Virus record (IMG/VR): IMGVR_UViG_3300037400_004242
DNA: 64,000 nt
DNA from: a virus
Lineage: Duplodnaviria > Caudoviricetes
Reading direction: 5' to 3' (one strand)
In this document: one piece after another, positions 18,820-28,380 of the stretch
How the letters are laid out: each line of letters begins with the position of its first letter
Numbering within the stretch: the first letter of the stretch is position 1
Program-made: the position numbers and the translations under genes
The notes under the pieces: generated by a model
What the model saw: only the letters and a program-made list of their open reading frames with translations
What the model was told of the DNA's origin: nothing
Database searches by the model: none

Positions 18820-20397
18820 ATGGCGATATGTACGGACACAAAATATGTAGAGGGATTTTATCAAATTGTAGAACCTCCACAATTTTTAAAAGACATGTTT
18901 CCAATTTGTAGACCTTTTGGTGACCCCGGTGATGACAAAAGTTATGAATTCGGGAGTAGTTATTGGAGCGGGTTCGATTCTACTTCTCGTGATGAAGCAT
19001 CAAGTCGTGGATTAAGTAATCGTAAAGGTCGTTTAAAAGATTCTTTTAGTGTTACAGATAAAGTTACGAATAAAGATTGGAACTGTGCAATTGTAAAATT
19101 GAAACAAGAATTTGCTATTCGTTGCGGTTTTAAGCATAATTGGATTCCATTTGTAGAACAAACGGGAGATTTTGGATTATCCAATCATTTAGGATATTTC
19201 CGTGATGGTATTAAAGGCGGAAGTGATGGTGATAGTGACCCAACGCAAGGCGAAAAAACGGATATTGTATATCGTAGAGATATGCAAAAAATATACTTAG
19301 ATATTATTCGTTTGCTAGACTATGAAGTTCCAATGTATTCCGTAGAAGATGGAAGCAAAAATCCTCGTTTCCCAGAGTTTAGAGGTATTTTTTCTAATGA
19401 TTATGGTAAAGTTGGGGACTACAATTCTATTTTAAAAGAAATTGTTGATATTGATGATGCTGATAAATTTTTAAAACAAGGGAATAATGTGTTTTTACCT
19501 CCTGATAATAAAGCATCTGAGAAAAAATGGAAATATTTTCATTTAAATGATAATGTTATTGGCTATCCTGGTGAACCAGCTTCTTCTTGTGCAAAATATG
19601 AAGGAAAATTAGAGAGTTTTGGTGATAACTATCCACCTGGTGGTTCAATTAACATTGACCAGCTAAACGATTGGGAAAGTCGTTATACATTAGGTACTGA
19701 TGCATATGATTTTAAAAAAATGACCAAGAAACGTATTTTGCAATTCATTGGTGCGTCTCAACCTTGGTATCGTAAGTCCGATTCATTATTGGATTGGGAC
19801 GATGGTATTTTTATTGATTATTGGCAACCAAAAAGAGATACTGATGATTTCGCATACGCTCAAGAAATAGTTCCTAATACATATTATCCATATGGAAATA
19901 AGGATTATACAGAAGATGGTGGAGCAGGTGGAAAAGAACCAAAGCCATCAGCATTATATAAAGCTGTACAAGAATTTAGAAAGAAATTTATAAATCCTGC
20001 AAAAGAAACTACAGATAATGATTTATTAGTTTCTGCCAAAATTTCAAAAACAGCTACAGTTGATAGAGATTTATATGGTAATCCAATTACACAAACTGTA
20101 GAAGAAGATGCATCATTTTCAGTAGCATATGTTATGAGACATGCTTATACAGAGTTTCAAACGGTAGATAAATATGGCGATGATGGAAAACTAATTAGTA
20201 GAATGACAATCGGCGGTGATAAAATTATCGTTGATGCTAACTCTGTCGCAAATGTGTTTATGAAAACAATAAATAAAATTTCAGATATTTGCGTTTGTAA
20301 CTGCAATTATTGTTCTTGCTTTGGTAATGAAGTTACATGCTTATGCTATGTTGTTAAGGTAACAGGTTGGTGCTATTCATACATGTATGTATATTAA
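18820..20397 (+). CDS. 525-aa protein with C-terminal Cys cluster, putative rSAM substrate/virion protein
   Basis: Ends in CVCNCNYCSC..TCLC..WC; preceded by TATTTW-N5-TAGA at 18773..18787. Confidence 0.7.
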   Translation: MAICTDTKYVEGFYQIVEPPQFLKDMFPICRPFGDPGDDKSYEFGSSYWSGFDSTSRDEASSRGLSNRKGRLKDSFSVTDKVTNKDWNCAIVKLKQEFAIRCGFKHNWIPFVEQTGDFGLSNHLGYFRDGIKGGSDGDSDPTQGEKTDIVYRRDMQKIYLDIIRLLDYEVPMYSVEDGSKNPRFPEFRGIFSNDYGKVGDYNSILKEIVDIDDADKFLKQGNNVFLPPDNKASEKKWKYFHLNDNVIGYPGEPASSCAKYEGKLESFGDNYPPGGSINIDQLNDWESRYTLGTDAYDFKKMTKKRILQFIGASQPWYRKSDSLLDWDDGIFIDYWQPKRDTDDFAYAQEIVPNTYYPYGNKDYTEDGGAGGKEPKPSALYKAVQEFRKKFINPAKETTDNDLLVSAKISKTATVDRDLYGNPITQTVEEDASFSVAYVMRHAYTEFQTVDKYGDDGKLISRMTIGGDKIIVDANSVANVFMKTINKISDICVCNCNYCSCFGNEVTCLCYVVKVTGWCYSYMYVY

Positions 20398-20410
20398 TAC
20401 AGAAAGGAAT

Positions 20411-20674
20411 TTCAGTAACCCACGAATAAATTCGTGGGATTGTGGTAGAAATATCACAATCCTTTGCTGAATAGCCTAAGTCTTAACTGACTACGTTGTT
20501 ATCGTTATCACACCCTAGTGCGTATGCTTTAACGCTAGGCTCTGTAAAAGTTCTAAGAGGTAGGAACAGTCAACCAGACGTAGACCGATTACGGCAAGCG
20601 ATTATAACATTGGCTAAGAGTAACCAACTCAAGAATAAAGTTATTTATAACTTTAGGAAGGAGGTAGACTTGTT
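20411..20674 (+). ncRNA. IscB omegaRNA (HEARO-like) scaffold; the guide would be the upstream flank
   Basis: TCAGTAACCCACG start, tagcctaagtcttaactgactacgtt, ctag..ctaggctctg, aacattggctaag, immediately 5' of a PLMP ORF. Confidence 0.85.
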
Positions 20675-21013
20675 ATGTTAGTCTACGTATTAAATAAAAA
20701 TGAAAAACCTTTAATGCCTTGCAGTCCCAGAAAAGCTAGGATACTTCTTAAAGAAGGTAAGGCAAAAGTAATTAGACGAGAACCTTTTACTATACAATTA
20801 CTCTATGGTTCTAGTGGATACAAACAGAAAGTAAATCTCGGCGTAGATGCTGGCAGTAAACATATAGGTTTATCTGCGACTACCGAGAAGAAAGAACTTT
20901 TCGCCAGCGAAGTTAAATTAAGAACTGACATCGTAGATTTATTGTCTACGAGACTTCAGTATAGAAGAAGTAGAAGAAATAGAACTACTATAAGAAGGGG
21001 AGACTTAATATGA
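20675..21013 (+). pseudogene. iscB: Truncated IscB (PLMP + RuvC-I + bridge helix/RRXRR only)
   Basis: MLVYVLNKNEKPLMPC..ARILLKEGKA..PFTIQL..LGVDAGSKHIG..RRSRRNR; HNH and RuvC-II/III absent; open frame with SD ggaggt. Confidence 0.9.
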
Positions 21014-21324
21014 CAATGTATGCAATTATTATAACTTTAGACGCTGATACATTATCTAAAGTATACACAGGAAATAGTATAGCAAGTGCTTATACAGATA
21101 TTGAGGAAATACTAAGAAGTTATGGATTTTCTCATAAACAAGGAAGTGTATATTTTGGAGATGAGGGAATAGACGCTGTTCATACAGTTATTGCAGTACA
21201 GAAACTATCAAAAAAATATGATTGGTTTGTACCAAGCGTACAAGATGTGCGAATGATTAGAATAGAGGAAGATAGTGATTTGATGGTGGCGATTAGATTT
21301 GCATATTTGGAATCCAATAAGTGA
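21010..21324 (+). CDS. vapD: VapD family (Cas2-like) endoribonuclease
   Basis: MYAI..LD..L..Y..AY.DI..L..GF..QGSVYF..WF..SV.DVRMIRIEE.SDL; ATGA overlap with the iscB fragment. Confidence 0.88.
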   Translation: MTMYAIIITLDADTLSKVYTGNSIASAYTDIEEILRSYGFSHKQGSVYFGDEGIDAVHTVIAVQKLSKKYDWFVPSVQDVRMIRIEEDSDLMVAIRFAYLESNK

Positions 21325-21393
21325 ACAATATATGTATTCTAAGCCTGTAAAAGTATTAGTAAAAAAATATAAAATGGTTAATAGAAAGGAGGA

Positions 21394-21437
21394 GCGTTGT
21401 TTCCTCCCATGGTTAAAACCATGGGAGGAAACAACGC
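21394..21437. repeat. Perfect 21-bp inverted repeat at the IscB element end
   Basis: gcgttgtttcctcccatggtt-aa-aaccatgggaggaaacaacgc. Confidence 0.95.
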
Positions 21438-21448
21438 AAAATATATGA

Positions 21449-21715
21449 ATGGAGAATAAAACTTTAACAGAAGAAGAAAAAAAAGATTTTATGGAAAAAA
21501 TGGCGAATATAATTAATTATATGGAAGCCACAAGAAATATTATTTATCCTATGGATAAGATATTGTATCAAACAATTAATAATATTTTATCAATGTATAT
21601 GATTAGTTTAGGAAGAAAAGTTGGTATGGAATATGAAGAACTAGAAAAAAAGTATTCCAAAGATGAATCTGAAGTTGATGATATTATTGATAAAATTAGT
21701 AAGGAGACAGAATAA
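21449..21715 (+). CDS. Small helical hypothetical protein of the rSAM module
   Basis: 88-aa ORF coupled to the next gene. Confidence 0.65.
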   Translation: MENKTLTEEEKKDFMEKMANIINYMEATRNIIYPMDKILYQTINNILSMYMISLGRKVGMEYEELEKKYSKDESEVDDIIDKISKETE

Positions 21716-22353
21716 TGGGAAAACAAATGTTATTTTTTTGCGGAATAATAACAATTAATAATGTTAATTTTTTGGTAAATCCTTTTACAAAAATTGAGGG
21801 TGAACCTGTTCTTCTGAGCAGAGATGCATATGTTCAGCTAACTGCTGAAGCATATGATTTCGTCACAAATGTTTTAGATTTATCACATAGAGAACCACAA
21901 TGCAAAGTTTATATTGAATGTTCTCCAACAGAAAAAGAAATTTTTGACAGAGACGATTTGAAAATTAATGAAGAGTTAAATAATGAGTCTCCTGAAGATA
22001 AACTTGATGCATATAAAGAAAAATGTATTCGTTTGATGAATGAAATGATTTCAAATCAACTTATGATTTCTAATTTTGAATTATATCATTTCTTTAAATT
22101 GAATCATTATCTTGAATCTAAAGGTTTCTTTATTACAGATGAAAATCGTGAAGAAAAGTATTTGGAAGTTATTAATAGTGGTGATGCAGAAGCACTTGAG
22201 AAACTTTCTGAATATTTGGATTCATTAGATGAATTTAATGCGATTGATGATATTTATATGCGTTATAAGGAATTTAAAGACAAGGTTAAGGTTGCTAAGA
22301 ATGAACAAGAAATTAAAGATGCATACATCGCCATGTCAAAAGCAACATTTTAA
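21715..22353 (+). CDS. Hypothetical protein with ITDENREEKYLE motif (recalled from phage rSAM loci)
   Basis: GFFITDENREEKYLEVINSGD motif; the family association is from memory and not searched. Confidence 0.6.
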   Translation: MGKQMLFFCGIITINNVNFLVNPFTKIEGEPVLLSRDAYVQLTAEAYDFVTNVLDLSHREPQCKVYIECSPTEKEIFDRDDLKINEELNNESPEDKLDAYKEKCIRLMNEMISNQLMISNFELYHFFKLNHYLESKGFFITDENREEKYLEVINSGDAEALEKLSEYLDSLDEFNAIDDIYMRYKEFKDKVKVAKNEQEIKDAYIAMSKATF

Positions 22354-23149
22354 TATTGTTTATATGACTAATGAATCATATTTGTTTCAAACATATGTTT
22401 CTATTAGTTCATTGAAGATGAATAAACATCATAACATCAGTTATGATGTTTATTTGTTATGTATTGAAATGCAAGATATTGGAGATATAAAAAAATTAAA
22501 TGATGAGGATTTTTGTATTCATTCAATTTATATTGAACGTAATATTTATAGATATGATGCTAATGCAGGTGTTGTATATTATAAAATGATTTTACACGAA
22601 TTATTGGATGTGGATACAGTATTTCATATTGATTCAGATACAGTTGTTATTGATGATGTTTCAAGTATTTTTGATTATAATTTAACCGATTATTTTTGTG
22701 GTGGTGTAAAAGATAAAATTAAAGGATTGAAATACTTTAATGCAGGAAATGTGTTGTTAAATTTAAAAAAAATACGAGAAACATTATATGATAATGAATA
22801 TACAATGTATGATTATTTTTGGCAATTAGATAAAGAATTAAGAGATAAAAAAGGATTCCTTTGGGAACAAGATGTTTTTAATAAGGCTTTTGAAAATAAG
22901 ATTTTATATATTAATTATGGCTATAATTTTTTGGTGAATACTTATAGCCAATATAAGTTTAATGATTTAAGTAGAATTTATGGAGAAAAAGTAGATTATA
23001 AAAAAATTAAAATATTACATTTTGCAAGTCATCCAAAACCGTGGATAAAAACAAATTTATTTGGTGAAATTTGGAAAATGTATGCAGAAAATAAAGTAAA
23101 TAAAGAATTAGAACAGAAAATATTGAGGGTGGCGTGTCGTGAGTATTGA
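22229..23149 (+). CDS. Glycosyltransferase family 8 (true start probably 22319 or later)
   Basis: HIDSDTVV (DxD), YFNAG, WEQDVFN, ILHFASHPKPW. Confidence 0.9.
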   Translation: MNLMRLMIFICVIRNLKTRLRLLRMNKKLKMHTSPCQKQHFNIVYMTNESYLFQTYVSISSLKMNKHHNISYDVYLLCIEMQDIGDIKKLNDEDFCIHSIYIERNIYRYDANAGVVYYKMILHELLDVDTVFHIDSDTVVIDDVSSIFDYNLTDYFCGGVKDKIKGLKYFNAGNVLLNLKKIRETLYDNEYTMYDYFWQLDKELRDKKGFLWEQDVFNKAFENKILYINYGYNFLVNTYSQYKFNDLSRIYGEKVDYKKIKILHFASHPKPWIKTNLFGEIWKMYAENKVNKELEQKILRVACREY

Positions 23150-24293
23150 TAGAAAACAAGCATTATTAATGCAATTTATGTTAGGTTCAAATTTAAAAGT
23201 AAAAAAAAGAGATAAAGATAAAATATTAGTTACTTGTAATATAGCTACCCGTCAAGGACACCAATATTTATGGGGAGCAGAAAAATATTGTATGAAAATT
23301 TGTCATCAGTTGGCAAAAAAATATGAAGTACATTTGTTTCAACAAGCAGAAAATTTTTTAAATTGTAATGATATTATTGTGCATCCACATATTTATAATT
23401 TTTTTTCTCGTTCAAAATTATTAGAAGTTGCTTTTAAGGCTTCTATGGTACAACCAAGATGCATTTTATGTAATGCAGGAACAGGTTCACAAGCGTTATT
23501 TTGGACAATTGTAGCAAAAATTATTGATGTTCCAATTATTATGTTTTTACATAATGAACCAACTTTTATAAAAGATACAATTTCTCCTGAATGGGGTATG
23601 TATTATGTTCGTGGTCAAACAATTATGAAAGATAAAGATATGCTGTATGATTTCGTCTTAGATTATTGTGATGAATTAGCATTTTTATTACCGCAATATA
23701 TAGATAGTAAATATAAAGATAAAACTTATGTGTATCTTAATTGTATTGATATTCCTAACAATGTAGATGTTGAATCAGATAGAAAAAATTTGTTGTATGT
23801 TGGTAGAATTAATACCGATGTTAAACGTACACAAATATTGTTAGATTGGGTTAAAAATACAGAATATGCTTGTAAAGTATGTGGCTATAATTATCAAGAA
23901 GATGGGTATCTTGATATGAATCAATATCAAAAATATAAAAATATAAATTTTTTAGGATACCATAAAAATATGGATAACATTTATCGTGAATCTAACGTAT
24001 TAGTTATTCCATCTTTATATGAAGGACTTCCAACAGTTGCATTAGAAGCATTATCTTATGGTATACCAATTGTTGGATTTAAAGAATGTAAATCTATGAA
24101 TGATATTATTCAGGATGGATATAATGGATGGCTAGTAGATAATAACTTTTCAGATGTTATGGAAAAAGTAATGTCTATAAAAGATATGAGACAAATTCGT
24201 AAGAATTGCTTAAATGAATCGAAAAAATATGATATAAATAATATTATGAAAACAATTTTTAAATCAATAGAGGATGTTAAATGTGAAGATTAA
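23139..24293 (+). CDS. Glycosyltransferase family 4 (GT-B)
   Basis: WGAEK, LYVGRI..K, PSLYEGLPTVALEALSYGIPIV, GYNGWL. Confidence 0.9.
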   Translation: MSIDRKQALLMQFMLGSNLKVKKRDKDKILVTCNIATRQGHQYLWGAEKYCMKICHQLAKKYEVHLFQQAENFLNCNDIIVHPHIYNFFSRSKLLEVAFKASMVQPRCILCNAGTGSQALFWTIVAKIIDVPIIMFLHNEPTFIKDTISPEWGMYYVRGQTIMKDKDMLYDFVLDYCDELAFLLPQYIDSKYKDKTYVYLNCIDIPNNVDVESDRKNLLYVGRINTDVKRTQILLDWVKNTEYACKVCGYNYQEDGYLDMNQYQKYKNINFLGYHKNMDNIYRESNVLVIPSLYEGLPTVALEALSYGIPIVGFKECKSMNDIIQDGYNGWLVDNNFSDVMEKVMSIKDMRQIRKNCLNESKKYDINNIMKTIFKSIEDVKCED

Positions 24294-25206
24294 TTTAATT
24301 TACTATTTATATGAAGTGAATGGTGCATTTACTTCATTTGAAGATACATTTTATAATTTAAGCAAGTTTACAAATCATAATGTTAATTTCTTTATTTTAT
24401 ATGAAGATAAATATATGTTAGCACAATTTAAAAAATATCTTCCAAAAGGCTCAGGAATTTGCTTATTAGAATTACCAAAAACTCCAGATAAAGGAACGAA
24501 TTTATATAAACGTGTTGCAGTTAGGGAAGTATATCATACAATGGTATATAATATAAAAGGTGACATTAATATTATTAGTTCTGAAGTTATTCGATTACAA
24601 AAAGCAAATAGAATTAAACAGAGTGCAAGTCAAGAAATGTTGTTATATCCTGCATTTATATATAAAGAACAAGGATTAGATAAAACTTTTTACAATGATG
24701 AACAAGAATATATTAAAAATAATGATGTACTTGTAATATGTAATAAATTTAATACAAAGTATGTTAATAATTCATTTGTTTGGTATATGCAATTTTCAAA
24801 AGAAAGAATTGAACAATTAAAAAAACTTGTTTCTAATGAAAATGATGTTTTATGTGCTGAAGAATATTATAAAAATAAAATGAATTGTAAAAATATTGAA
24901 CCGTTTTCATATAAGAAATATGAATATTATAGATATGATAAAAAAAATGAAACAAATTGTTATACAGATGATGGAGCAAGATATTATGAAAATATTGGAA
25001 AATTAATGTTTGAATTTGTTTTACTGGGAAAAGAATCATCATATTCTCCAAGAAATAAACAATTTGATGATGGATTGACAGAATTCATGAATTATTTGGG
25101 ATACGATGATAATCAATTATATTGGTGGAATCATAAGGATATTTCTTATTTAGAAAAAAGATTGTTTATGAACAAAGAAAATAAATTGTTATCTTTATTT
25201 AAATAA
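24274..25206 (+). CDS. Hypothetical protein in the glycosylation operon
   Basis: Overlapping operon ORF; no clear motif. Confidence 0.65.
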   Translation: MLNVKINLIYYLYEVNGAFTSFEDTFYNLSKFTNHNVNFFILYEDKYMLAQFKKYLPKGSGICLLELPKTPDKGTNLYKRVAVREVYHTMVYNIKGDINIISSEVIRLQKANRIKQSASQEMLLYPAFIYKEQGLDKTFYNDEQEYIKNNDVLVICNKFNTKYVNNSFVWYMQFSKERIEQLKKLVSNENDVLCAEEYYKNKMNCKNIEPFSYKKYEYYRYDKKNETNCYTDDGARYYENIGKLMFEFVLLGKESSYSPRNKQFDDGLTEFMNYLGYDDNQLYWWNHKDISYLEKRLFMNKENKLLSLFK

Positions 25207-25226
25207 AATTGGGAGAAGGTTCATCA

Positions 25227-26816
25227 ATGAAAATTCTTGGAATACAATGTTATCAAGATTATAATGTAACATATTTTGATACAGTTACAAAAGATTTGAA
25301 ATATACAGAACTTGAAAAATTATTGAAGAAAAAACATTTTTCTTTTCATTCTGATAAAATAGATTATATGCCTGAAATTGATAGAATTTACGATGATAAT
25401 TTAAGAAATAATTTATATAAATGTCAGCGTATTATTCATGAAGAATTAGGTGTAAATAGATTTGATGTTGTTTGTTGGAATTACAAAACTTTTAAAGATG
25501 GATATTTAAAACAAGAATCTTATGATTTTGTAAAAATGTTAGAGCGTTGTGATGTTTTGAAATTTCATCATCAAGAGAATCATGTATTACCTACGATTTT
25601 TGAATATGATTTAAAAGATGCATTATGTTTTTCAATTGATGGAAAAGGTGACGGGAACCATGCTTTTTATCATTGGAAAGATAATAAATTAAATTTGTTG
25701 TTTCAGGAAAAAGCATTTTCTTATGGAATGTTTTATGAAGTCTTAGCATGTTATTTCTTAGATAAGAAGAATCAGTATGAACAAGGGTTAGAAGGAAAAT
25801 ATATGGCTTATGCAGGTTTGTCTAATAAATTCCTTGAACTTGAAAATATTGATGCTTTTATGAATGAAGTAAAAAAGACAAATTGGAATATATGGGAAGA
25901 TAAGATTGAAGTAGAAAAATTTATTTATAATTATTTAGATAAAATGTCAGAAAAATATGATAAATATGATTTGGCATATACTATGCAAAAATTATGGATA
26001 AATAATGTTATGGCTGATATAGCAAAGTATCGTCATGAAAGTGAAAATTTTGTAATTTCAGGTGGATGTGCATTAAATTGTATGTTAAATTATGAGATTA
26101 TAAAAACTGGATGGTTTAAAAATGTGTATTATACACCTATTGTTTCAGATGTTGGACAATCATATGGAGCAGTATTAAATTATTTATTGCATTATTCTCC
26201 TGAAAATTTAAAATTTGTAGATTCTGATGATTTTTCTATTACAGAAGGTATTCGAGATAAAAAATATTTTGATTCTATTTCTTCTAATTTTCATACATAT
26301 CAAATAGAAGAAATTTCATCAATATTAGAAAACGATGGAATTGTTGGAATATGTCGTGGAAATATAGAAATGGGACCTCGTGCATTAGGGAATCGTAGTA
26401 TATTGGCTTCACCTTTTCATAAAGAAATGCATGATAAATTAAATAAAATAAAAGGAAGAGAATGGTATCGTCCGTATGGAGTTATTGTTCCAAGAGAATA
26501 TTTATCACGTTATTTCGATATTGATGTTGATGTAAAATATATGAATATGTTAGCATATCCAAAAGACAAAGATGTACTTTTGGGAGCGCAACATACAGAT
26601 GGAACAATTCGTATTCAAACTGTTTCAGATGAAGATAATCGTTGGTTACATGATTTATTATTAACTTTTGGACAAAAAACAGGAGTTCCAATTTTAATTA
26701 ATACATCATTTAATGATGGTGGTATGCCAATTTTTAATTATATGAAAGACATGTATCGTATGTATAATGAAAAATTAAATGCTCTCGTTTATGAGAATAA
26801 GATGGTGTCAAAATGA
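25227..26816 (+). CDS. Carbamoyltransferase (NodU/CmcH/TobZ family)
   Basis: HHQENH, SIDGKGD, EGKYMAYA, SGGCALNC, EMGPRALGNRSIL, KGREWYRPY, LINTSFN. Confidence 0.92.
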   Translation: MKILGIQCYQDYNVTYFDTVTKDLKYTELEKLLKKKHFSFHSDKIDYMPEIDRIYDDNLRNNLYKCQRIIHEELGVNRFDVVCWNYKTFKDGYLKQESYDFVKMLERCDVLKFHHQENHVLPTIFEYDLKDALCFSIDGKGDGNHAFYHWKDNKLNLLFQEKAFSYGMFYEVLACYFLDKKNQYEQGLEGKYMAYAGLSNKFLELENIDAFMNEVKKTNWNIWEDKIEVEKFIYNYLDKMSEKYDKYDLAYTMQKLWINNVMADIAKYRHESENFVISGGCALNCMLNYEIIKTGWFKNVYYTPIVSDVGQSYGAVLNYLLHYSPENLKFVDSDDFSITEGIRDKKYFDSISSNFHTYQIEEISSILENDGIVGICRGNIEMGPRALGNRSILASPFHKEMHDKLNKIKGREWYRPYGVIVPREYLSRYFDIDVDVKYMNMLAYPKDKDVLLGAQHTDGTIRIQTVSDEDNRWLHDLLLTFGQKTGVPILINTSFNDGGMPIFNYMKDMYRMYNEKLNALVYENKMVSK

Positions 26817-27568
26817 AACATATACCGTTGATTGAATATCATTTGGTGAATCATTGCAATTTAAATTGTAAAGGCTGTGCTCATTTTGCACCATTAGCAA
26901 AGCCTTGGTTTGCAAATATAAATAAATTTGAAAAAGATTTAAAACAGTTGTCTTCTTTAGTGATTATTGATAAATTAACTTTATTCGGTGGAGAACCATT
27001 ATTGCATGATAACATTAATGATTTTTTAATAATTGCTAGAAAAATTCTTCCGAATACAGATATTAGTATTTTAACAAATGGGATTTTATTGTTGAAAAAA
27101 TTAGGTTCGCTTGCAAAAGTAATGAAAGAAAATAATATATATATGGATATTACTTGTTATCCTATTCCTGTTAAATATGAATTAGGGCTAAAAATGTTGA
27201 AAACGCTTAAAGTTCCATATCGTATATATAATGATATGGAACGTGTAAAAACATTAAGACATCATTTTCTTTCTCATAAAAAGGAAAAAAATAAATGGGA
27301 ATGTTTGATGATAAATTCAAATTCAGTTCAATTAAGAAATGGGAAATTATATATATGTCCTTTACAAGCATATATTGATATTTTTAATGAGTATTTTCAT
27401 GAGAATTTTAAAGTAGACAATAATGATATTTTAGATATTTATCATTGTACGGATGATGATATATTAAATATGTATCATAGGAAAAATGATTTTTGTGAAT
27501 ATTGTAGAGAACCAATAGAAGGGAATAAATATTCTACATCTAAAAAGGAGAAATCAGAATGGATGTAA
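26813..27568 (+). CDS. Short radical SAM protein
   Basis: HCNLNCKGCAHFAP, FGGEPLLH, LTNG, C-terminal FCEYC. Confidence 0.88.
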   Translation: MKHIPLIEYHLVNHCNLNCKGCAHFAPLAKPWFANINKFEKDLKQLSSLVIIDKLTLFGGEPLLHDNINDFLIIARKILPNTDISILTNGILLLKKLGSLAKVMKENNIYMDITCYPIPVKYELGLKMLKTLKVPYRIYNDMERVKTLRHHFLSHKKEKNKWECLMINSNSVQLRNGKLYICPLQAYIDIFNEYFHENFKVDNNDILDIYHCTDDDILNMYHRKNDFCEYCREPIEGNKYSTSKKEKSEWM

Positions 27569-28380
27569 AATATTGTTTAAAAACACAAATTGTAGATGAA
27601 TGTAATTTAAATTGTAAAGGTTGTGACCATTTTGCTCCATTAGCAAAACCTTGGCATCAATCTTTACCTGATTTTGTTGATATGATAAAAACGATTCGTA
27701 ATACAGTTGGAGATAACATAAAAGAAATTGAATTATATGGTGGGGAGCCATTATTACATCAACAATTATATGAAATGATTTTAGTTCTAAAAGTTTTATT
27801 TGGAAATAAAATTGTAATTTCAATTGAAACAAATGGAATTTTATTGGACAAATTTTTACAACATCATAAAGATTTAATAGATGATAACAAAATAGAATTT
27901 AAAATTACAGAATATAAAGCAACAAAAGGAATTATTGATAAATTAAAGAAAAAATATCTAAATAATGATATATATCAAGCGGCTATGTTAAAAAATGAAA
28001 TTAAACTAGCAGATGATATAACTTATAAAGAAAATATGTTTAATGTGAACATAAATAAAACAAAAGAAACAGACACAAATAAAATTTTAAATATATATAA
28101 AAATTGTTATTGCAAGAGTGAAGAAGAAGATTCTTTATGTTTGAGAAATTGGGTATTGTCTCCTTGTCCTATGACAATGTGTTTGAATATTTTTGATAAT
28201 TTTTTCAATGAACAATATGATTCTGAAAAAAATCATATAATAGTTACAAATAATTTATCTAAAAAAGATTTGGATAAAATGGCACATTATCCATGTGATT
28301 TTTGCAAAAGGTGTGGAAATGTTGTTTATGGAATACCATATGGCATTTCTAAAAAGGAAAGGGTAGAATGGCAGATATAA
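27559..28380 (+). CDS. Short radical SAM protein, paralog of 26813..27568
   Basis: ECNLNCKGCDHFAPLAKPW, YGGEPLLH, ETNG, FCKRC, SKKE..EW. Confidence 0.88.
   Translation: MDVKYCLKTQIVDECNLNCKGCDHFAPLAKPWHQSLPDFVDMIKTIRNTVGDNIKEIELYGGEPLLHQQLYEMILVLKVLFGNKIVISIETNGILLDKFLQHHKDLIDDNKIEFKITEYKATKGIIDKLKKKYLNNDIYQAAMLKNEIKLADDITYKENMFNVNINKTKETDTNKILNIYKNCYCKSEEEDSLCLRNWVLSPCPMTMCLNIFDNFFNEQYDSEKNHIIVTNNLSKKDLDKMAHYPCDFCKRCGNVVYGIPYGISKKERVEWQI

Larger units (their letters stand above)
20411..21444 (+). mobile_element. IS200/IS605-family IscB-derived element carrying vapD
   Basis: End hairpin cccacgaat-aa-attcgtggg, omegaRNA, 5' iscB, vapD, iscB 3' remnant (KWLIERRSVVSSHG*), second end hairpin, then ATGAA. 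Confidence 0.85.

Noticed and set aside
20496-20681. 61-aa ORF upstream of iscB
   Set aside because: Lies within the omegaRNA scaffold, has a TTG start and no SD; most likely spurious.
21010-21324. Cas2-like gene as evidence of a CRISPR-Cas locus
   Set aside because: No repeat-spacer array or other cas genes are visible; the sequence fits VapD.
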